A DNA stretch of 64,000 nt from a virus. Taxonomy: Duplodnaviria > Caudoviricetes. The notes under the pieces were generated by a model that had not been told where the DNA came from, searched no databases, and saw nothing but the letters and a program-made list of their open reading frames with translations. The position numbers were made by a program, and so were the translations under genes. The DNA lies in the IMG/VR virus record IMGVR_UViG_3300028914_000066, positions 1 through 64,000 of that record; one strand, written 5' to 3'. This document shows positions 1 through 9,170 of the stretch, piece by piece. Numbering within the stretch: the stretch's first letter is position 1; each line of letters opens with the position of its first letter.

Positions 1-300
1 ATCGGATTGAAGAGTATTAATATTAATTCCTTTTAATCCTATACTATTACCAAGTACTCGAACAGCTTTATGAGTAGGAGCTGCTAGTCCTACTACAGAA
101 AAAGACTTTTTAGAATTAAGCAATAAAGCTTTAACTAAATAAGTTTTTCCTGTACCAGCAGCTCCTGTTAAAGCAACTTTAAAGTTTTGTTCATCATAAG
201 GTGAATTTATAAACTCTAAAAGCCCTTCATAAGCTTTAGCTTGATCTTTAGTAAAATTAGAAATATCTACCTTTTTAATATTAGGAATTGATAAATCCAT
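1..300 (-). CDS. SF1 RecD/Dda-like helicase, N-terminal part (runs off window)
   Basis: Manual translation from ATG at 300: MDLSIPNIKK...KVALTGAAGTGKTYLVK...GLAAPTHKAVRVL; Walker A plus motif Ia (APTHKA) typical of SF1B helicases. Confidence 0.9.
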   Translation of the reverse strand, partial: MDLSIPNIKKVDISNFTKDQAKAYEGLLEFINSPYDEQNFKVALTGAAGTGKTYLVKALLLNSKKSFSVVGLAAPTHKAVRVLGNSIGLKGININTLQSD

Positions 301-303
301 ATT

Positions 304-741
304 TTAAAAACTTATATAACATTCAGGATTACAAACTTCAATTATATTAAAAAGTTTATTTCCATTTTCTGTTACTAATCTACCTTTCACTTTAATTCCA
401 GGTTTAAAAGGAACAAATCTTGGATGTTTTCCTTCAAAATATAATTTGCAGTCATTATTATTTTTTAAAATAACTGTATATATTCCTTTTCTATTAGGTT
501 TTCTTGAATATACAGCATTTTTATCATAACAACTATATGATTTATCAGTTAATGGATAACAAGTTTCTTCAATTTTAGAATCTTTTGTAACAGTAACTTT
601 AGCAATATAGTCATATTCTTTACTTTTCTCTATAATAGCACTTATTAAAGAAGCACTACTAGGTTTCTTTTCTTTTTTGGGTGTTTTAGTTATAGCTTTT
701 ATTTTAAAACTAAGAAACCCAGTATTAAAACCAATAGCCAT
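304..741 (-). CDS. hypothetical protein
   Basis: 145-aa ORF tightly packed in minus-strand operon. Confidence 0.7.
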   Translation of the reverse strand: MAIGFNTGFLSFKIKAITKTPKKEKKPSSASLISAIIEKSKEYDYIAKVTVTKDSKIEETCYPLTDKSYSCYDKNAVYSRKPNRKGIYTVILKNNNDCKLYFEGKHPRFVPFKPGIKVKGRLVTENGNKLFNIIEVCNPECYISF

Positions 742-743
742 AA

Positions 744-1004
744 TTACTTAATTTTATTATGTTTCTTAATTCTTTCTTTAGTAGTTGTGGGCTTATCGTC
801 ATCAACATAATTCTTACTATTTATAATAAGACGATTATCCCAATAAACCATCCAACCACAATGATTGCGAAGAAAATCAAGTTTTCCCCACATTTTAATA
901 CCAGGATTTTTACTACGAGAAATAGCTATAGAATGATTACCATAGCTTACATTTGCAATCTTAGATACACTTCTAAGATCTCTGCTTTCGTCATGTTTTG
1001 CCAT
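744..1004 (-). CDS. hypothetical phage protein
   Basis: 86-aa ORF, codon usage like neighbours. Confidence 0.75.
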   Translation of the reverse strand: MAKHDESRDLRSVSKIANVSYGNHSIAISRSKNPGIKMWGKLDFLRNHCGWMVYWDNRLIINSKNYVDDDKPTTTKERIKKHNKIK

Positions 1005-1070
1005 TTTACAACAGATTTGTTAATTATTAATATTAAGTTTACTATAACTTCCCCGTAAAAGAAGAATATG

Positions 1071-1301
1071 CTATTTAATTGTATCTTTCTTCTTACGTGG
1101 GAGTTTTATTTCTATAGTTACTGCAATAGGTTCATCAGTATATTTAAGTTTAGGAAATTCCTCTTTATCAATTTCCATATAATCTCCTACTGCTGTTGAA
1201 GCCCATAAACCTGTAGCTGGATTAAATATAGGTTTAGCTTTTGTATAGATATATAAATAGTTATCTTTATCTCTTGCTATATATCCATTAATCTTTAGCA
1301 T
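1071..1301 (-). CDS. hypothetical phage protein
   Basis: 76-aa ORF with YIARDKD...LYIY...P...W pattern common in small phage proteins. Confidence 0.75.
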   Translation of the reverse strand: MLKINGYIARDKDNYLYIYTKAKPIFNPATGLWASTAVGDYMEIDKEEFPKLKYTDEPIAVTIEIKLPRKKKDTIK

Positions 1302-1303
1302 AA

Positions 1304-1537
1304 TTATAAAACTTTATCAGATGCAATATGTAATAAATTATGAATATCACGCATGAAATTATTAGTTTCTTCTTCTGATTTATTATCTTTTTTCAGTTTC
1401 ATATACATAGCTTGCATAAAAACATCATAAGTTTTATCAAAAGAATATTTCATTCCAACTTTTACTCCTCTATAAAACCAAATAGCATTAGTAATAAATA
1501 CTAATACTATACAAGTTATAAACATTACTGTTTTCAT
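1304..1537 (-). CDS. small membrane protein
   Basis: N-terminal hydrophobic helix VMFITCIVLVFITNAIWF. Confidence 0.7.
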   Translation of the reverse strand: MKTVMFITCIVLVFITNAIWFYRGVKVGMKYSFDKTYDVFMQAMYMKLKKDNKSEEETNNFMRDIHNLLHIASDKVL

Positions 1538-1770
1538 ACTCCTTGCATTAAAATTTCAAAATCTCTTAACATAGGAATTACTTCACTATTTAATTTTTCT
1601 CTATATTTAGATAAACTTATATCTTTATTGCATTTAAAAGAATTTTTCATTGAAGTTTGATTTAATGTACTTTCAATACTACAATGAGTTATTATATAGT
1701 CTTTTTCTTCTTTTGTTTTTATATGAAGAAGAGTATGCTTTTTCTTAAGAATTATATTTGTTTTTATCAT
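1534..1770 (-). CDS. hypothetical protein
   Basis: 78-aa ORF with 4-nt overlaps to both neighbours. Confidence 0.65.
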   Translation of the reverse strand: MIKTNIILKKKHTLLHIKTKEEKDYIITHCSIESTLNQTSMKNSFKCNKDISLSKYREKLNSEVIPMLRDFEILMQGV

Positions 1771-1922
1771 AAATCTTCTTCTATATGTTTTAATGCAATT
1801 TGTTTTAAATCTTCTATAGTTTTAGGATCTACAATAGTTACTTGAATACTATCATAATAATGAAATGTTACAGCAGTTGCACAATCAACTGCTAAAGCGA
1901 TATCATTTTTAGTTGGTTTCAT
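1767..1922 (-). CDS. small hypothetical protein (not in ORF track)
   Basis: 51 aa MKPTKNDIALAVDCATAV...KHIEEDL fills the gap and overlaps both neighbours. Confidence 0.6.
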   Translation of the reverse strand: MKPTKNDIALAVDCATAVTFHYYDSIQVTIVDPKTIEDLKQIALKHIEEDL

Positions 1923-2199
1923 TTAGTGTTCTTTTTAATTTTTCAATAGCACCAATAATATCAAACCAAGTTGATTCAGGATGTCCTTCTAATTCTTGAA
2001 TATAATATATATCTTTATATTTACGTAGAATTTTACAACTACAACCAATATTCTTAACTGTTTCTTTATCTACAAGTCTTCTTTGTATATGATAATACAC
2101 ATATTTATTAGTTTCTTTATATAAACTTCTAATAATAATATGTAATGTATTACGATTTTGTAAATCTTTAGATTTCCATTTAATAGCTATAGTATCCAT
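1909..2199 (-). CDS. hypothetical protein
   Basis: 96-aa ORF in operon. Confidence 0.65.
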   Translation of the reverse strand: MDTIAIKWKSKDLQNRNTLHIIIRSLYKETNKYVYYHIQRRLVDKETVKNIGCSCKILRKYKDIYYIQELEGHPESTWFDIIGAIEKLKRTLNETN

Positions 2200-2213
2200 A
2201 ATTTTATTATTTG

Positions 2214-2284
2214 CTGTCCTACTAGGACTCGAACCTAGTCAAACAGAACCAAAACCTGTTGTGCTACCATTACACCATAGGACA
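2214..2284 (-). tRNA. tRNA-Gln(TTG)
   Basis: Acceptor TGTCCTA/TAGGACA, D arm TGGTGTAATGGTAGCAC, anticodon arm ACAGG-TTTTGGT-TCTGT, T loop GTTCGAG. Confidence 0.93.
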
Positions 2285-2292
2285 ATACCTAT

Positions 2293-2553
2293 TTAATTTA
2301 CTTCAATTATTTGATCTTTATGAAAAAATATTGGAGTTTCAATATTATTTTCAATTATATCAACAATTAATAAATTTTCACTAACTTTCATTTTAGCATC
2401 TTTTTTAGTAAAATGATAAGTAGTATTTGTAGTTGTAATATCTACATTTCCTTTTATATCAAATTGTCTTTTAATTCTATTTAAAAGAAAATAATGACAT
2501 TCATAACAATTTGTACGTTTACAATAATTGCAAGATGTATGAATTATATCCAT
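2293..2553 (-). CDS. hypothetical protein, Cys-rich N-terminus
   Basis: CNYC...CYEC possible Zn site. Confidence 0.65.
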   Translation of the reverse strand: MDIIHTSCNYCKRTNCYECHYFLLNRIKRQFDIKGNVDITTTNTTYHFTKKDAKMKVSENLLIVDIIENNIETPIFFHKDQIIEVN

Positions 2554-2927
2554 ATTAATTACAATACCATAATATATAAGTTAAACCAATAGTTGCTATT
2601 ATAATTCTAGGAACTATTTTAGTTGTTCCATTATTATATATAACATTAATTATATTTGTAACTATAGATGTAATTCCATATATAAATAGAAATACTGCTA
2701 CAAAAAGAATAATAGTTTGTATCATAATTTATTTTCTTTCTTTTTCTAATTGTTTAACATATTCTAAAGCATCATGTTTAGAAATATTATAAATTTTACT
2801 AGCACAATCACAAGCTGTTATTAAACTAGTTTTAGCAAGAGTTAATATTATATTATCTGCTAAAGTTTTTGATATTTCTACTTTTTCTTCCATATTATAT
2901 AATTTTTAATTAATAATTTCAGATAAA

Positions 2928-2953
2928 TAAAGCCCACTATTACATGGGCTTTA
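2928..2953 (-). terminator. intrinsic terminator-like hairpin
   Basis: TAAAGCCCA-8nt-TGGGCTTTA followed by TTTAT on minus strand. Confidence 0.6.
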
Positions 2954-3282
2954 ATTCTTACTATTACTATTCTCACGAACAATAATAATACATTACCAAT
3001 TAATGTATGTATGAGTAATTTCCCAGATAAGGGCAATAATAAAAGCAACTTTAAAGACTCTATTTTGACTTATAGGCTTACAACTTGTTGCTTAAGAACT
3101 ATAATTGTTATTAGCTAAATAACCATTATTATGTTCAAGTTTTCGGATTGGTTCTTGCTAGTCCGCATACCTTTCATCAGTTATACTGTTAGCATTAAGC
3201 TACCCAGTCCAATCTACATACTAGCGTTTATGTATTTTATCTTAATGAGCTTTACTAGTATCATCATTAAGAGATTGAGTTG

Positions 3283-3367
3283 TACCAGAAGTGGGACTTG
3301 AACCCACACGTTCAAAATGAACAACAGATTTTAAGTCTGTCTTGTCTACCTATTCCAACATTCTGGC
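3283..3367 (-). tRNA. tRNA-Leu(TAA)
   Basis: GCCAGAA acceptor, anticodon arm ACAGA-CTTAAAA-TCTGT, long variable arm, GGTTCAAGTCC T arm. Confidence 0.93.
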
Positions 3368-3512
3368 AAATAAGTTTAATAGCATTAATTATATTATTAC
3401 CATTTTCACAAATAATAACAACAAAAACTATATATTCAATTGTACGTTAAGATCTAAAAAGGATAGTATTTACCACGTGCACCATTAATACTATTAAACT
3501 TATGATTATTAG

Positions 3513-3584
3513 TAGCGTTAATGGGAGTCGAACCCATCTTATAAGAATGAAAATCTTATGTACTAGCCGATATACGATAACGCC
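3513..3584 (-). tRNA. tRNA-Glu(TTC)
   Basis: GGCGTTA/TAACGCT acceptor, anticodon arm TAAGA-TTTTCAT-TCTTA, GGTTCGACTCC T arm. Confidence 0.9.
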
Positions 3585-3660
3585 ATCCATTAGTTATAGT
3601 AACAAAATAATGAAATATGTCCGAAAATAATCATATTTTATTACTATAACTAATATTTAT

Positions 3661-3990
3661 TTAAATAATCCAACCAATTATTGCAATTACTGCAAGAACA
3701 ATAACGGCAATAGTCTTAATTGAACTATTATGTTTAGTATTAAAGAGTTCGTTTTCTTTCTCAGAAGCTCTAGTACGAAGTTCTTTAATTGTTTCCTTAA
3801 GATTAGCAACCTCAGAAGTAAGATTACCATTCTTCTTATTACTCTCTTTCTGAGCATCAGTAAGTTTGTTTACTTGAGAAGTCAGTTCTTCATTCTTCTC
3901 TTTTAGCTCTTTTTCTACATTATCTTTGCGAAGGATAATGTCCACAAGTTCTTGCTTTTTCTTAAAAGTCAAATCACTTTTTCTACTCAT
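3661..3990 (-). CDS. coiled-coil protein with C-terminal membrane anchor
   Basis: Heptad-rich body, C-terminal IAVIVLAVIAIIGWII. Confidence 0.8.
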   Translation of the reverse strand: MSRKSDLTFKKKQELVDIILRKDNVEKELKEKNEELTSQVNKLTDAQKESNKKNGNLTSEVANLKETIKELRTRASEKENELFNTKHNSSIKTIAVIVLAVIAIIGWII

Positions 3991-4014
3991 AATTTTAATC
4001 TTTAAAAAAGTTAT

Positions 4015-4149
4015 TTAATAGTCAAAATCAACCTCTGATTCATCATCATCTTCAACAATTCGTTCTGCGAATAAATCAATTTTATCAATATCCTGGTCAA
4101 TAATCTCAGGATCTAAATCAATAGCATAAGCATCAGCAATATCATCCAT
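4015..4149 (-). CDS. small very acidic protein (not in ORF track)
   Basis: 44 aa MDDIADAYAIDLDPEIIDQDIDKIDLFAERIVEDDDESEVDFDY. Confidence 0.7.
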   Translation of the reverse strand: MDDIADAYAIDLDPEIIDQDIDKIDLFAERIVEDDDESEVDFDY

Positions 4150-4272
4150 AACACTTAATCTTTAACGTCATTGACGATTTCAAAGATACCTATTATTATT
4201 TATATTAATACTATCATATATGTGAATAAATGTTAAAATTAACACCTATTCACAATATATGATATGTATTGT

Positions 4273-4767
4273 TTAAATGCCATACATAGCACGTCTAAGT
4301 TCTCTCAAATCTTGCTTTGCATCATCAGTAAGATTAAGACGAACAATATGAGTGATATATCTATCACCTTCAAATGTTGTCTTAGTATCCTTTGAACTGA
4401 AAGGATTACTATATTCAGTTCCGTCTTTAACAAACTCCTGAATAATATCAATCTTTGCATCACAAAGCAGAGGATTAAGAGCAGCAAGATGTTGCTGAAT
4501 ATGATTTGTTGCAAATGCAGCACCACATTCCTTAAGAACTGCTATAATAGATATAGTTGATGTAAAGACAACATTTGACATTCTCTTTTCAACTTTACCT
4601 GTTTCAGCATTTCTTATGCACTGCTCAACTTCTTTATCAAGAGTAATTGATACTCTCTGATAATCATCTACCTTTTCACCTATAGTGATATTTCTAACTG
4701 TAAGGTCTTTATAAACCTTATTTTCCTTAACTTTCTTAAGTTCTTCAATAACTTGTTCTCTTTCCAT
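4273..4767 (-). CDS. crAss-type early protein, unknown function
   Basis: 164-aa ORF, phage-like codon usage. Confidence 0.8.
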   Translation of the reverse strand: MEREQVIEELKKVKENKVYKDLTVRNITIGEKVDDYQRVSITLDKEVEQCIRNAETGKVEKRMSNVVFTSTISIIAVLKECGAAFATNHIQQHLAALNPLLCDAKIDIIQEFVKDGTEYSNPFSSKDTKTTFEGDRYITHIVRLNLTDDAKQDLRELRRAMYGI

Positions 4768-4807
4768 TTTGATAAATATTAAATTGTTAATAACTATTAT
4801 TGCTTGC

Positions 4808-5035
4808 TTATGCTATTCTTCTTTTACGGGCGAGTTTACTGCGCCTTAAACTTAAATATTGTCTAATATTAAACATTTGTCTAACTGCTTTATCATCATA
4901 ATATTCCATATGTCCTCTTATAAAACGTAATGTTGAAGTAATATCAGATATTAATTCACTAATATCATCAATATCTTCAACATTACTATATCTATATAGA
5001 ATATCATTTAATTTCTTTTGAGTGTACTCTTTCAT
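4808..5035 (-). CDS. hypothetical protein
   Basis: 75-aa ORF. Confidence 0.65.
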   Translation of the reverse strand: MKEYTQKKLNDILYRYSNVEDIDDISELISDITSTLRFIRGHMEYYDDKAVRQMFNIRQYLSLRRSKLARKRRIA

Positions 5036-5312
5036 AATATTCTACATATTCTGAATATGCATCACCTTCCATAGCAACATCATAAATACAATCACAATCA
5101 CATTCATAAATTGCATCAATATATGCATCAGCCTTTTCAGCATATTCTTTCCAAAAACAACTATCAGCAAGTTGTTTATAATAATCAACTTCTGCTTGAA
5201 GTTTATTTATTGTTCCACAAGAAACAAACATTGTTCCTAATATAGCAAAGATTACTATAAATATAACTTTAACTACATCAATTATATCATCATCTTTCAT
5301 AATTTTATTCAT
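5004..5312 (-). CDS. putative lipoprotein / membrane protein
   Basis: Hydrophobic segment ending FVSC (lipobox-like). Confidence 0.65.
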   Translation of the reverse strand: MNKIMKDDDIIDVVKVIFIVIFAILGTMFVSCGTINKLQAEVDYYKQLADSCFWKEYAEKADAYIDAIYECDCDCIYDVAMEGDAYSEYVEYYERVHSKEIK

Positions 5313-5912
5313 TAAAATTTGTAAGCAGTATAAATAGAATATATGTATAACAGTATATATAATATATAAATATATTAAATAATAATATTAATATTATAAT
5401 TATATAAGATATAATTATAATATATAATAATATATATCAGAATATACTGCTAACTTTTTCTTACTAATTCATAAACACCTATATTATCAAATGATAATTG
5501 CTCTAAATGATGCTTTCTTTTATTTGCATCTTCTAAGTTGCTGAAAGTATTTAAACTTTCATTTATTTGCTCGTCAGATAATACTATATACATAATTATT
5601 TAAATTCTAATTGTGTCTGTAATGTAATCAACTGCAATTTATATACATAATATTTATCTGAGGTTTTCTTTTCTCTTAATTTATCAAGAGTTTCAATTAC
5701 TTCATTACCGAATAATATAATGTCTGAAACAATTTCATTATTTTGATTTAATATTATATACATAAAGCAGTATAATTATTTGTTTAATTATTAACAATAG
5801 AAATAATAATAAGATTATAAGTAAAAGGACACTAAGAATAATAATAGGCAGTATAATCAAGAATATTATATAGAGTATATATTATATTATGATTATAAGT
5901 AGTAATTAATCG

Positions 5913-6104
5913 TCAGTGTCCTTTATTCACTTCTTCATCTATATTCTGAATTACACATTCAGCTTTTTTAAGTTCATAATTATATTTATTACTATAAAGT
6001 CTAATTAATCTTATTAAAAGACTCATTAATAATCTACCTTTAAAGTTATTATAATTATCATCTCCTTCAATTATAGCCTTTATTGTTATTAATTGTTTCT
6101 TCAT
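5913..6104 (-). CDS. hypothetical protein
   Basis: 63-aa ORF starting within repeat A. Confidence 0.55.
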   Translation of the reverse strand: MKKQLITIKAIIEGDDNYNNFKGRLLMSLLIRLIRLYSNKYNYELKKAECVIQNIDEEVNKGH

Positions 6105-6326
6105 TCACTTCTTTATCTTCTTTTGAAACCACATTCTTATTTTGTCTATCACATTAACTTCTCTTATGACAATAAAATCATAACATTTTGTAGAAACACA
6201 ATAGTAACTTGGATTAGAATAATTACTATTATGATAAAATAAACATTTATGACAAACATTATCTTTATGAGGATTATTAAATCTTCTTATAACAAATTCT
6301 TTGTTATCAATAACAATAGTATTCAT
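6105..6326 (-). CDS. hypothetical protein, Cys-containing
   Basis: 73 aa, CHKC...C...C. Confidence 0.6.
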   Translation of the reverse strand: MNTIVIDNKEFVIRRFNNPHKDNVCHKCLFYHNSNYSNPSYYCVSTKCYDFIVIREVNVIDKIRMWFQKKIKK

Positions 6327-6388
6327 AATTTATCCAAACCATTCATTAACTACAATATTCCAAAGTCATCTTACACTTCTTCATTCAC

Positions 6389-6745
6389 TTATTTATCTTC
6401 TTTTTCAACTATCTCTTTAATTGCTTTTAAAGTCTTTATAGTAATATCCATATTATCTATAAAATCTTTACTTAAATCTCTTATATCGATCTCATCTGAA
6501 ACAATTGTAATAACTTTCTGAATATAACCTGATCTATTACATTGATAAGTAAGTCCGCAAACTATACTAATATGTTCTATTAGTTGATTATATTGTTCTT
6601 CATCTTTAACAATATCCTTTATTGCTTCATATTTATCACTACAATCATTTTCTTCACTTTCATCATAAAGATTTAATACAGCACAAGCGATATCGCCTAA
6701 ATCTTTTAGACTATATAGCTTTTCTTCAAATTTATTAGTTTCCAT
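6389..6745 (-). CDS. hypothetical acidic protein
   Basis: 118-aa ORF. Confidence 0.7.
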   Translation of the reverse strand: METNKFEEKLYSLKDLGDIACAVLNLYDESEENDCSDKYEAIKDIVKDEEQYNQLIEHISIVCGLTYQCNRSGYIQKVITIVSDEIDIRDLSKDFIDNMDITIKTLKAIKEIVEKEDK

Positions 6746-6764
6746 AATTCACTTCTTTATCTTC

Positions 6765-7004
6765 TTATAAAATATAAACATCACTTTCTAAAATATGATA
6801 AGGTTCAAGTATATATGGTTCTACTTCAATTTTATAACCACTACCTTTATATTTTTTAGTTAATTTGTTTATTATTCTAACTGCTTCTCCAAATGTTAGA
6901 TAATTATAGTCCTCATAAAGAATATGAGTATGATCTTTAGGATCATAAGTATTAATGTCATATCTAAGAGTACTTTTATCATTATATCTTTTAATTCTTT
7001 TCAT
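6765..7004 (-). CDS. hypothetical protein
   Basis: 79-aa ORF. Confidence 0.65.
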   Translation of the reverse strand: MKRIKRYNDKSTLRYDINTYDPKDHTHILYEDYNYLTFGEAVRIINKLTKKYKGSGYKIEVEPYILEPYHILESDVYIL

Positions 7005-7492
7005 AGTTCTTCTATGTTTAATTATTACTTATCCGTACCATTCATTAATTACAAGGTTCTACTAATACTGTTCTACTAATAAAATCTTGTTGATATTTCC
7101 ACTTATTTTGATTAGCCTCTTCTTCAGTATCAAATACTGCTAAAGGTTCATCGTCATATTCAAGTCTAAGTTGATATTTCATAGTTCTTCTATATTTTAT
7201 CCAAACCATTTATTAATTACATAATCATATTCTTTATGATTAGCAATCTCCTCATCAACCTTATCATCAGCACAAATAACACAAGTAACATTATATTTGT
7301 TACCTCTACTAATAAATTGAATAATCTTACTCATAATTCTTTTATGATTATTTGTTACTAATTAATTACTTATTCCATTTACCTTTAAAGGTTGAGGCTT
7401 AGCCGCAACCTCATCTTGATTATGTACAATAAGAGTAAATGATAAATAATAAGAGTAAAAACAAGCAATACAAAATGTAAAAGAAGTTGCTA

Positions 7493-7813
7493 TTACAGCA
7501 ACTCCTTAAACATTATCATATTGATATCGTCAAGTTGTATAGAATTAAGACGATAATACTCCTGACCATTATCACCCTGATATGGTTCAATTTCAGCAAA
7601 TGCACCTGCAATAAATGCAGATATATCATTCACTGCAATATTAGGATGACGAAGAACAATCATATTAATATATCTATTGGCTCGACCAATAGCACTATGA
7701 AGATATTTATCCTCACTGAAATTAATACACTTGTTATCATTCTCATCAGTACGATGAAAAGAAAGGCAGAAACCATTTGCAGTAACCTTAACAGAATTAA
7801 TTGTAGCGTTCAT
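7493..7813 (-). CDS. hypothetical protein, first gene of the leftward unit
   Basis: 106-aa ORF adjacent to the strand switch. Confidence 0.75.
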   Translation of the reverse strand: MNATINSVKVTANGFCLSFHRTDENDNKCINFSEDKYLHSAIGRANRYINMIVLRHPNIAVNDISAFIAGAFAEIEPYQGDNGQEYYRLNSIQLDDINMIMFKELL

Positions 7814-7888
7814 AATATGAAAATATTGAAAATTAATTTGGCACTATTGCCAAAATCTAATCCTGAATATGTAAAAAGAGAGTGCGGG

Positions 7889-7908
7889 GGATTTTCAATT
7901 GAAAATCC
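7889..7908. repeat. perfect 20-bp palindrome in strand-switch region
   Basis: GGATTTTCAATTGAAAATCC flanked by G runs. Confidence 0.85.
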
Positions 7909-8625
7909 AACGGGAGGGGTATAATGAGAGTGGCTCACCTTTACATTTTTAAACCTATAATTTACCTATAATCTCATCTTTTCCTTCACTATTTTCTTCT
8001 TTTCTTATAAAACCAACTTTATCTTCTTACTTTTAAACACTATTTTTATTTATAAGCCCACCTTCTCTTTTATCTTCTTTTCCTCTTATAATTACTTCTT
8101 TTTCTTCTCTATTATCAGCTAACTCCTTTTCAAGCATCTTCTCTTCTTACGGGGGAGCTTCTATTACTCTATGTTTCTTATTTATTCTTTGTCTTACTTT
8201 TGTATATTCTTGTTTATTTGCTCTATAAAAAGCCCTATCGGGGGTATCAAAATCTTCATTTTGACTACGGGGATCATTATCAGCACCAGCATACTCTTAT
8301 TTTCAAAAATATAATTTAATATAAGGTTGTATTAGCACCCCTTTAAAAGAAGAATATGCTAAAATGACCGCTATTAATTATATAAGTACAGGTACATATT
8401 ATTAATATAGTTAAAGCAGATAGTGATTTGTTAAAAACTCTTAAATTATACATTTTTTAACAAAAATATGAACAATGTATTAATATATGTACTATATTTG
8501 TTGCTGTAAAGTGTACTTATAGTTCCGATAATGATTAAGAACATTCTCTGAATAGCCTTCCAAATATAAGTACACTTTATTTTGATAATACATTTAACCA
8601 TAATATAAACTAAATTATTACAATT

Positions 8626-9156
8626 ATGAAAGAAATTAATGTTAAAACTCAAGCTGGTGAATTTAAAATTAACATTCCTACTTCTAGAAAAGATATAACT
8701 AATGAATATTTAGAAGAAGTTACACAAATGTTAGAAATTGCACCAAATTATTCTCTTGTTGCTCTTATAACAATAGAAGAACTTATTAATGTTGTTAATC
8801 CTAACGCTAAAAAACAAAGTGCTTTTACTGCCGGAATTCCTGTATTTGTAAGATGTGGTAAGAGTGAAGATGAATTTATTAGTAATATTTCTTGTGGTCA
8901 AACAATTATTATAAGTGATAGTGATTTGTCTATGGGACATCATATTAATAGTCCTTATAATAAGATTTCAAAGGGTTATTTATCTGCTATATTAAGTAAA
9001 GATAAAGAACTTGCTAGTAATGTTTGGGGTATGAATGAGAAATGTTACTTTTTATCTTTTAAGTTAGTACCTAATTGCAATATTCATGGTGCTATTTCAG
9101 AAGAAGATATTAATGTTGTAGATCCTTATGTTGTAAGGAGTGATATTAATGCTTAA
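8626..9156 (+). CDS. conserved crAss-like hypothetical protein
   Basis: 176 aa, first gene of rightward unit; TATATTTG at 8493-8500 upstream. Confidence 0.8.
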   Translation: MKEINVKTQAGEFKINIPTSRKDITNEYLEEVTQMLEIAPNYSLVALITIEELINVVNPNAKKQSAFTAGIPVFVRCGKSEDEFISNISCGQTIIISDSDLSMGHHINSPYNKISKGYLSAILSKDKELASNVWGMNEKCYFLSFKLVPNCNIHGAISEEDINVVDPYVVRSDINA

Positions 9157-9170
9157 TAATTATAAGTATT

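Larger units (their letters stand above)
6097..7221. repeat. three families of short direct repeats at early-gene junctions
   Basis: A: 6097-6124, 6377-6404 (28 bp, 1 mismatch), 6747-6766; B: 6330-6354, 7029-7053, 7197-7221; C: 6999-7015, 7177-7193. Confidence 0.85.

Noticed and set aside
3055-3170. Group I intron remnant (GACUA / AUAGAGUCU resembling R and S elements)
   Set aside because: P7 pairing is imperfect and no interrupted gene flanks it
3135-3185. Hammerhead ribozyme (CUGAUGA ... GAAA on minus strand)
   Set aside because: Core words are present but stems I-III cannot be paired convincingly
6097-7221. CRISPR array
   Set aside because: Three repeat types with irregular spacing of hundreds of bp containing ORFs; no constant repeat-spacer period
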